From Utricularia gibba (Eukaryota; Plantae; Magnoliophyta), in assembly GCA_002189035.1 (NCBI GenBank), contig NEEC01000143.1, forward strand, positions 1 through 59,733: a DNA stretch of 59,733 nucleotides, in the 5' to 3' direction. Shown piece after piece: positions 29,223 to 39,300 of this stretch. The notes below the pieces were generated by a model, which did not search any database, had not been told where the DNA came from, and saw only the letters and a list, made by a program, of their open reading frames with translations. Positions within the stretch are counted from its first letter, which is position 1. Each line of letters opens with the position of its first letter. A program made the position numbers and the translations under genes.

Positions 29223-31860
29223 TCATTGCGCATCACCATTCGGGGTGCAGCCGAAAAATCACACGTGCACTGGATTCGTTAAAAGTAAACATTTTTGCGT
29301 ACCTGGAGTATAATAGTGTTGGGATAAGTGATGCCACGAAATTCATGATGTAACATGTGACTTTTTCCATCTTGATCGCATATCCGATGAAGTTTGACAC
29401 CATATGTTTTGGCTGTTGATTGATGCAATTAGTTGCCATGATACTTCTGATTCTTGATACACATTCCCATACACCATGTCTCTAGTGGCTATTTGATTCT
29501 TTTGCCGTGTATCCATTTGCATCAATTTCGAGAACGAGAAGCACATTATTAAACGCAGCCACCAAGGAAGGACACGTAAGACACTTTTCGTTGTGGTTTG
29601 TTTTTAATATGTCCACAGTTATGGGACAAACGTAACTCCAAATTATACTACTTGGAGCACGAATAGGGCTTCCCAATGGTGTGCTATGAAGAGTTAGCAT
29701 CTGCATGTTTTGGAAGAGGTGCTTCGTGGACCAGGATGTGCGACATAGTCATTTCATTGCGCATCACCATTCGGGGTGCAGCCGAAAAATCACACGTGCA
29801 CTGGATTCGTTAAAAGTAAACATTTTTGCGTACCTGGAGTATAATAGTGTTGGGATAAGTGATGCCACGAAATTCATGATGTAACATGTGACTTTTTTCC
29901 ATCTTGATCGCATATCCGATGAAGTTTGACACATATGTTTGGCTGTTGATTGATGCAATTAGTTGCCATGATACTTCTGATTCTTGATACACCATTCCCA
30001 TACACCATGTCTCTAGTGGCTATTTGATTCTTTTGCCGTGTATCCATTTGCATCAATTTCGAGAACGAGAAGCACATTATTAAACGCAGCCACCAAGGAA
30101 GGACACGTAAGACACTTTTCGTTGTGGTTGTTTTTAATATGTCCACAGTTATGGGACAAACGTAACTCCAAATTATACTACTTGGAGCACGAATAGGGCT
30201 TCCCAATGGTGTGCTATGAAGAGTTAGCATCTGCATGTTTTGGAAGAGGTTCGTGGACCAGGATGTGCGACATAGTCATTTCATTGCGCATCACCATTCG
30301 GGGTGCAGCCTAAAAATCACACGTGCACTGGATTCGTTAAAAGTAAACATTTTTGCGTACCTGGAGTATAATAGTGTTGGGATAAGTGATGCCACGAAAT
30401 TCATGATGTAACATGTGACTTTTTTCCATCTTGATCGCATATCCGATGAAGTTTGACCAATATGTTTTGGCTGTTGATTGATGCAATTAGTTGCCATGAT
30501 ACTTCTGATTCTTGATACACCATTCCCATACACCATGTCTCTAGTGGCTATTTGATTCTTTTGCCGTGTATCCTTTGCATCAATTTCGAGAACGAAGCAC
30601 ATTATTAAACGCAGCCACCAAGGAAGGACACGTAAGACACTTTTCGTTGTGGTTTGTTTTTAATATGTCCACAGTTATGGACAAACGTAACTCCAAATTA
30701 TACTACTTGGAGCACGAATAGGGCTTCCCAATGGTGTGCTATGAAGAGTTAGCATCTGCATGTTTTGGAAGAGGTGCTTCGTGGACCAGGATGTGCGACA
30801 TAGTCATTTCATTGCGCATCACCATTCGGGTGCAGCCGAAAAATCACACGTGCACTGGATTCGTTAAAAGTAAACATTTTTGCGTACCTGGAGTATAATA
30901 GTGTTGGGATAAGTGATGCCACGAAATTCATGATGTAACATGTGACTTTTTTCCATCTTGATCGCATATCCGATGAAGTTTGACACCATATGTTTTGGAT
31001 GTGATTGATGCAATTAGTTGCCATGATACTTCTGATTCTTGATACACCATTCCCATACACCATGTCTCTAGTGGCTATTTGATTCTTTTGCCGTGTATCT
31101 TGTTTGCATCAATTTCGAGAACGAGAAGCACATTATTAAACGCAGCCACCAAGGAAGGACACGTAAGACACTTTTCGTTGTGGTTTGTTTTTAATATGTC
31201 CACAGTTATGGGACAAACGTAACTCCAAATTATACTACTTGGAGCACGAATAGGGCTTCCCAATGGTGTGCTATGAAGAGTTAGCATCTGCATGTTTTGG
31301 AAGAGGTGCTTCGTGGACCAGGATGTGCGACATAGTCATTTCATTGCGCATCACCATTCGGGTGCAGCCTAAAAATCACACGTGCACTGGATTCGTTAAA
31401 AGTAAACATTTTTGCGTACCTGGAGTATAATAGTGTTGGGATAAGTGATGCCACGAAATTCATGATGTAACATGTGACTTTTTTCCATCTTGATCGCATA
31501 TCCGATGAAGTTTGACACCATATGTTTTGGCTGTTGATTGATGCAATTAGTTGCCATGATACTTCTGATTCTTGATACACCATTCCCATACACCATGTCT
31601 CTAGTGGCTATTTGATTCTTTTGCCGTGTATCTTGTTTGCATCAATTTCGAGAACGAGAAGCACATTATTAAACGCAGCCACCAAGGAAGGACACGTAAG
31701 ACACTTTTCGTTGTGGTTTGTTTTTAATATGTCCACAGTTATGGGACAAACGTAACTCCAATTATACTACTTGGAGCACGAATAGGCTTCCCAATGGTGT
31801 GCTATGAAGAGTTAGCATCTGCATGTTTTGGAAGAGGTGCTTCGTGGACCAGGATGTGCG

Positions 31861-31890
31861 ACATAGTCATTTCAGCCGAAAAATCACACG
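31861..31890. repeat. Monomer with a clean 23-24 bp deletion at a CA microhomology
   Basis: GTCATTTCA|GCCGAAAA at 31874/31875, versus consensus GTCATTTCA-TTGCGCATCACCATTCGGGGTGCA-GCCGAAAA. Confidence 0.85.
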
Positions 31891-34800
31891 TGCACTGGAT
31901 TCGTTAAAAGTAAACATTTTTGCGTACCTGGAGTATAATAGTGTTGGGATAAGTGATGCCACGAAATTCATGATGTAACATGTGACTTTTTCCATCTTGA
32001 TCGCATATCCGATGAAGTTTGACACCATATGTTTTGGCTGTTGATTGATGCAATTAGTTGCCATGATACTTCTGATTCTTGATACACCATTCCCATACAC
32101 CATGTCTCTAGTGGCTATTTGATTCTTTTGCCGTGTATCATTTGCATCAATTTCGAGAACGAGAAGCACATTATTAAACGCAGCCACCAAGGAAGGACAC
32201 GTAAGACACTTTTCGTTGTGGTTTGTTTTTAATATGTCCACAGTTATGGGACAAACGTAACTCCAAATTATACTACTTGGAGCACGAATAGGGCTTCCCA
32301 ATGGTGTGCTATGAAGAGTTAGCATCTGCATGTTTTGGAAAGGTGCTTCGTGGACCAGGATGTGCGACATAGTCATTTCATTGCGCATCACCATTCGGGG
32401 TGCAGCCGAAAAATCACACGTGCACTGGATTCGTTAAAAGTAAACATTTTTGCGTACCTGGAGTATAATAGTGTTGGGATAAGTGATGCCACGAAATTCA
32501 TGATGTAACATGTGACTTTTTTCCATCTTGATCGCATATCCGATGAAGTTTGACACCATATGTTTTGGCTGTTGATTGATTCAATTAGTTGCCATGATAC
32601 TTCTGATTCTTGATACACCATTCCCATACACCATGTCTCTAGTGGCTATTTGATTCTTTTGCCGTGTATCCCATTTGCATCAATTTCGAGAACGAGAAGC
32701 ACATTATTAAACGCAGCCACCAAGGAAGGACACGTAAGACACTTTTCGTTGTGGTTTGTTTTTAATATGTCCGCAGTTATGGGACAAACGTAACTCCAAA
32801 TTATACTACTTGGAGCACGAATAGGGCTTCCCAATGGTGTGCTATGAAGAGTTAGCATCTGCATGTTTTGGAAGAGGTGCTTCGTAGACCAGGATGTGCG
32901 ACATAGTCATTTCATTGCGCATCACCATTCGGGGTGCAGCCTAAAAATCACACGTGCACTGGATTCGTTAAAAGTAAACATTTTTGCGTACCTGGAGTAT
33001 AATAGTGTTGGGATAAGTGATGCCACGAAATTCATGATGTAACATGTGACTTTTTCCATCTTGATCGCATATCCGATGAAGTTTGACACCATATGTTTTG
33101 GCAGTTGATTGATGCAATTAGTTGCCATGATACTTCTGATTCTTGATACACCATTCCCATACACCATGTCTCTAGTGGCTATTTGATTCTTTTGCCGTGT
33201 ATCCCATTTGCATCAATTTCGAGAACGAGAAGCACATTATTAAACGCAGCCACCAAGGAAGGACACGTAAGACACTTTTCGTTGTGGTTTGTTTTTAATA
33301 TGTCCACAGTTATGGGACAAACGTAACTCCAAATTATACTACTTGGAGCACGAATAGGGCTTCCCAATGGTGTGCTATGAAGAGTTAGCATCTGCATGTT
33401 TTGGAAGAGGTGCTTCGTGGACCAGGATGTGCGACATAGTCATTTCATTGCGCATCACCATTCGGGTGCAGCCGAAAAATCACACGTGCACTGGATTCGT
33501 TAAAAGTAAACATTTTTGCGTACCTGGAGTATAATAGTGTTGGGATAAGTGATGCCACGAAATTCATGATGTAACATGTGACTTTTTTCCATCTTGATCG
33601 CATATCCGATGAAGTTTGACACCATATGTTTTGGCTGTTGATTGATTCAATTAGTTGCCATGATACTTCTGATTCTTGATACACCATTCCCATACACCAT
33701 GTCTCTAGTGGCTATTTGATTCTTTTGCCGTGTATCTTGTTTGCATCAATTTCGAGAACGAGAAGCACATTATTAAACGCAGCCACCAAGGAAGGACACG
33801 TAAGACACTTTTCGTTGTGGTTTGTTTTTAATATGTCCACAGTTATGGGACAAACGTAACTCCAAATTATACTACTTGGAGCACGAATAGGGCTTCCCAA
33901 TGGTGTGCTATGAAGAGTTAGCATCTGCATGTTTTGGAAGAGGTGCTTCGTGGACCAGGATGTGCGACATAGTCATTTCATTGCGCATCACCATTCGGGG
34001 TGCAGCCGAAAAATCACACGTGCACTGGATTCGTTAAAAGTAAACATTTTTGCGTACCTGGAGTATAATAGTGTTGGGATAAGTGATGCCACGAAATTCA
34101 TGATGTAACATGTGACTTTTTTCCATCTTGATCGCATATCCGATGAAGTTTGACACCATATGTTTTGGCTGTTGATTGATGCAATTAGTTGCCATGATAC
34201 TTCTGATTCTTGATACACCATTCCCATACACCATGTCTCTAGTGGCTATTTGATTCTTTTGCCGTGTATCTTTGCATCAATTTCGAGAACGAGAAGCACA
34301 TTATTAAACGCAGCCACCAAGGAAGGACACGTAAGACACTTTTCGTTGTGGTTTGTTTTTAATATGTCCACAGTTATGGGACAAACGTAACTCCAAATTA
34401 TACTACTTGGAGCACGAATAGGGCTTCCCAATGGTGTGCTATGAAGAGTTAGCATCTGCATGTTTTGGAAGAGGTGCTTCGTGGACCAGGATGTGCGACA
34501 TAGTCATTTCATTGCGCATCACCATTCGGGGTGCAGCCGAAAAATCACACGTGCACTGGATTCGTTAAAAGTAAACATTTTTGCGTACCTGGAGTATAAT
34601 AGTGTTGGGATAAGTGATGCCACGAAATTCATGATGTAACATGTGACTTTTTTCCATCTTGATCGCATATCCGATGAAGTTTGACACATATGTTTTGGCT
34701 GTTGATTGATGCAATTAGTTGCCATGATACTTCTGATTCTTGATACACCATTCCCATACACCATGTCTCTAGTGGCTATTTGATTCTTTTGCCGTGTATC

Positions 34801-35819
34801 CCATTTGCATCAATTTCGAGAACGAGAAGCACATTATTAAACGCAGCCACCAAGGAAGGACACGTAAGACACTTTTCGTTGTGGTTTGTTTTTAATATGT
34901 CCGCAGTTATGGGACAAACGTAACTCCAAATTATACTTCTTGGAGCACGAATAGGGCTTCCCAATGGTGTGCTATGAAGAGTTAGCATCTGCATGTTTTG
35001 GAAGAGGTGCTTCGTAGACCAGGATGTGCGACATAGTCATTTCATTGCGCATCACCATTCGGGGTGCAGCCGAAAAATCACACGTGCACTGGATTCGTTA
35101 AAAGTAAACATTTTTGCGTACCTGGAGTATAATAGTGTTGGGATAAGTGATGCCACGAAATTCATGATGTAACATGTGACTTTTTTCCATCTTGATCGCA
35201 TATCCGATGAAGTTTGACACATATGTTTTGGCTGTTGATTGATGCAATTAGTTGCCATGATACTTCTGATTCTTGATACACCATTCCCATACACCATGTC
35301 TCTAGTGGCTATTTGATTCTTTTGCCGTGTATCCATTTGCATCAATTTCGAACGAGAAGCACATTATTAAACGCAGCCACCAAGGAAGGACACGTAAGAC
35401 ACTTTTCGTTGTGGTTTGTTTTTAATATGTCCACAGTTATGGGACAAACGTAACTCCAAATTATACTACTTGGAGCACGAATAGGGCTTCCCAATGGTGT
35501 GCTATGAAGAGTTAGCATCTGCATGTTTTGGAAGAGGTGCTTCGTGGACCAGGATGTGCGACATAGTCATTTCATTGCGCATCACCATTCGGGTGCAGCC
35601 TAAAAATCACACGTGCACTGGATTCGTTAAAAGTAAACATTTTTGCGTACCTGGAGTATAATAGTGTTGGGATAAGTGATGCCACGAAATTCATGATGTA
35701 ACATGTGACTTTTTTCCATCTTGATCGCATATCCGATGAAGTTTGACACCATATGTTTTGGCTGTTGATTGATGCAATTAGTTGCCATGATACTTCTGAT
35801 TCTTGATACACCATTCCCA

Positions 35820-36353
35820 TACACCATGTCTCTAGTGGCTATTTGATTCTTTTGCCGTGTATCCCATTTGCATCAATTTCGAGAACGAGAAGCACATTAT
35901 TAAACGCAGCCACCAAGGAAGGACACGTAAGACACTTTTCGTTGTGGTTTGTTTTTAATATGTCCACAGTTATGGGACAAACGTAACTCCAAATTATACT
36001 ACTTGGAGCACGAATAGGGCTTCCCAATGGTGTGCTATGAAGAGTTAGCATCTGCATGTTTTGGAAGAGGTGCTTCGTGGACCAGGATGTGCGACATAGT
36101 CATTTCATTGCGCATCACCATTCGGGGTGCAGCCGAAAAATCACACGTGCACTGGATTCGTTAAAAGTAAACATTTTTGCGTACCTGGAGTATAATAGTG
36201 TTGGGATAAGTGATGCCACGAAATTCATGATGTAACATGTGACTTTTTTCCATCTTGATCGCATATCCGATGAAGTTTGACACCATATGTTTTGGCTGTT
36301 GATTGATGCAATTAGTTGCCATGATACTTCTGATTCTTGATACACCATTCCCA
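35820..36353. repeat. Representative full-length consensus monomer (534 bp, ~41% GC), starting TACACCATGTCTCTAG
   Basis: TACACCATGTC starts at 35820 and again at 36354. This copy carries the majority allele at every variable column and has no dropped bases. Hand count is 221 G+C in 534. It has single sites for TCATGA, CATATG, TGCGCA and overlapping CACGTG/GTGCAC. Confidence 0.95.
35894..35963 (+). other. 70-nt imperfect inverted repeat (predicted hairpin), present once per monomer; coordinates are for the reference copy
   Basis: Hand pairing of ACATTATTAAACGCAGCCACCAAGGAAGG with CTTTTCGTTGTGGTTTGTTTTTAATATGT gives ~26 pairs (4 G-T) with several bulges and a 12-nt loop ACACGTAAGACA. No folding energy was computed. 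Confidence 0.55.
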
Positions 36354-39300
36354 TACACCATGTCTCTAGTGGCTATTTGATTCTTTTGCCGTGTATCCCA
36401 TTTGCATCAATTTCGAGAACGAGAAGCACATTATTAAACGCAGCCACCAAGGAAGGACACGTAAGACACTTTTCGTTGTGGTTTGTTTTTAATATGTCCA
36501 CAGTTATGGGACAAACGTAACTCCAAATTATACTACTTGGAGCACGAATAGGGCTTCCCAATGGTGTGCTATGAAGAGTTAGCATCTGCATGTTTTGGAA
36601 GAGGTGCTTCGTGGACCAGGATGTGCGACATAGTCATTTCATTGCGCATCACCATTCGGGGTGCAGCCGAAAAATCACACGTGCACTGGATTCGTTAAAA
36701 GTAAACATTTTTGCGTACCTGGAGTATAATAGTGTTGGGATAAGTGATGCCACGAAATTCATGATGTAACATGTGACTTTTTTCCATCTTGATCGCATAT
36801 CCGATGAAGTTTGACACATATGTTTGGCTGTTGATTGATTCAATTAGTTGCCATGATACTTCTGATTCTTGATACACCATTCCCATACACCATGTCTCTA
36901 GTGGCTATTTGATTCTTTTGCCGTGTATCCCATTTGCATCAATTTCGAGAACGAGAAGCACATTATTAAACGCAGCCACCAAGGAAGGACACGTAAGACA
37001 CTTTTCGTTGTGGTTTGTTTTTAATATGTCCACAGTTATGGGACAAACGTAACTCCAAATTATACTACTTGGAGCACGAATAGGGCTTCCCAATGGTGTG
37101 CTATGAAGAGTTAGCATCTGCATGTTTTGGAAGAGGTGCTTCGTAGACCAGGATGTGCGACATAGTCATTTCATTGCGCATCACCATTCGGGGTGCAGCC
37201 TAAAAATCACACGTGCACTGGATTCGTTAAAAGTAAACATTTTTGCGTACCTGGAGTATAATAGTGTTGGGATAAGTGATGCCACGAAATTCATGATGTA
37301 ACATGTGACTTTTTTCCATCTTGATCGCATATCCGATGAAGTTTGACACCATATGTTTTGGCTGTTGATTGATGCAATTAGTTGCCATGATACTTCTGAT
37401 TCTTGATACACCATTCCCATACACCATGTCTCTAGTGGCTATTTGATTCTTTTGCCGTGTATCCCATTTGCATCAATTTCGAGAACGAGAAGCACATTAT
37501 TAAACGCAGCCACCAAGGAAGGACACGTAAGACACTTTTCGTTGTGGTTTGTTTTTAATATGTCCACAGTTATGGGACAAACGTAACTCCAAATTATACT
37601 ACTTGGAGCACGAATAGGGCTTCCCAATGGTGTGCTATGAAGAGTTAGCATCTGCATGTTTTGGAAGAGGTGCTTCGTGGACCAGGATGTGCGACATAGT
37701 CATTTCATTGCGCATCACCATTCGGGGTGCAGCCGAAAAATCACACGTGCACTGGATTCGTTAAAAGTAAACATTTTTGCGTACCTGGAGTATAATAGTG
37801 TTGGGATAAGTGATGCCACGAAATTCATGATGTAACATGTGACTTTTTTCCATCTTGATCGCATATCCGATGAAGTTTGACACCATATGTTTGGCTGTTG
37901 ATTGATGCAATTAGTTGCCATGATACTTCTGATTCTTGATACACCATTCCCATACACCATGTCTCTAGTGGCTATTTGATTCTTTTGCCGTGTATCCCAT
38001 TTGCATCAATTTCGAGAACGAGAAGCACATTATTAAACGCAGCCACCAAGGAAGGACACGTAAGACACTTTTCGTTGTGGTTTGTTTTTAATATGTCCAC
38101 AGTTATGGGACAAACGTAACTCCAAATTATACTACTTGGAGCACGAATAGGGCTTCCCAATGGTGTGCTATGAAGAGTTAGCATCTGCATGTTTTGGAAG
38201 AGGTGCTTCGTGGACCAGGATGTGCGACATAGTCATTTCATTGCGCATCACCATTCGGGGTGCAGCCGAAAAATCACACGTGCACTGGATTCGTTAAAAG
38301 TAAACATTTTTGCGTACCTGGAGTATAATAGTGTTGGGATAAGTGATGCCACGAAATTCATGATGTAACATGTGACTTTTTTCCATCTTGATCGCATATC
38401 CGATGAAGTTTGACACCATATGTTTTGGCTGTTGATTGATGCAATTAGTTGCCATGATACTTCTGATTCTTGATACACCATTCCCATACACCATGTCTCT
38501 AGTGGCTATTTGATTCTTTTGCCGTGTATCCCATTTGCATCAATTTCGAGAACGAGAAGCACATTATTAAACGCAGCCACCAAGGAAGGACACGTAAGAC
38601 ACTTTTCGTTGTGGTTTGTTTTTAATATGTCCACAGTTATGGGACAAACGTAACTCCAAATTATACTTCTTGGAGCACGAATAGGGCTTCCCAATGGTGT
38701 GCTATGAAGAGTTAGCATCTGCATGTTTTGGAAGAGGTGCTTCGTGGACCAGGATGTGCGACATAGTCATTTCATTGCGCATCACCATTCGGGGTGCAGC
38801 CTAAAAATCACACGTGCACTGGATTCGTTAAAAGTAAACATTTTTGCGTACCTGGAGTATAATAGTGTTGGGATAAGTGATGCCACGAAATTCATGATGT
38901 AACATGTGACTTTTTTCCATCTTGATCGCATATCCGATGAAGTTTGACACCATATGTTTTGGCTGTTGATTGATGCAATTAGTTGCCATGATACTTCTGA
39001 TTCTTGATACACCATTCCCATACACCATGTCTCTAGTGGCTATTTGATTCTTTTGCCGTGTATCTTGTTTGCATCAATTTCGAGAACGAGAAGCACATTA
39101 TTAAACGCAGCCACCAAGGAAGGACACGTAAGACACTTTTCGTTGTGGTTTGTTTTTAATATGTCCACAGTTATGGGACAAACGTAACTCCAATTATACT
39201 ACTTGGAGCACGAATAGGGCTTCCCAATGGTGTGCTATGAAGAGTTAGCATCTGCATGTTTTGGAAGAGGTGCTTCGTGGACCAGGATGTGCGACATAGT

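Noticed and set aside
35832-35836. CTAG|T resembling a Helitron 3' terminus
   Set aside because: There is no GC-rich palindrome just upstream on either strand. A 5-mer match once per 534 bp is expected by chance.
36144-36152. Overlapping CACGTG (E-box/G-box) and GTGCAC palindromes as a regulatory site
   Set aside because: One hexamer per 534 bp is unremarkable, and the site is destroyed in the common GTTTAC allele. It is useful only as a restriction marker.
36009-36264. Minus-strand fragments ATGCGATCA and TGGGAAGCCCT..CGTG resembling the ends of plant 5S rRNA; also considered SL RNA or snRNA tandem arrays
   Set aside because: The two fragments are ~230 nt apart rather than within ~120 nt, and the intervening 5S sequence and internal promoter boxes are absent. 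I saw no convincing leader + GT donor + Sm site arrangement. An Rfam cmscan would settle it.
36191-36282. Perfect TATAAT (36191) and TTGACA (36277) hexamers in each monomer
   Set aside because: They are in the wrong order and spacing for a sigma70 promoter (TATAAT lies ~86 bp upstream of TTGACA). The hexamer 17 bp upstream of TATAAT is TAAACA, only 4/6, and no supported gene lies downstream.
35820-36353. Endless (stop-free) concatemeric ORF like the neo gene made by DRT2 rolling-circle reverse transcription, suggested by a monomer length divisible by 3
   Set aside because: A stop-free path on the minus strand exists only by combining four separate indels (-1 at GTGGACC, -2 at ATCCCATTTG, -1 in the T6 run, +1 in the A5 run; net 531 bp). 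No copy reads through more than about one unit. There is no reverse transcriptase gene in the window and no junction-formed promoter.
35820-36353. Viroid-like or retrozyme circular RNA concatemer
   Set aside because: I found no hammerhead core (CTGATGA...GAAA) on either strand. The short inverted repeats do not share one axis as a rod-like fold would need, and periodic haplotypes argue against a single template.
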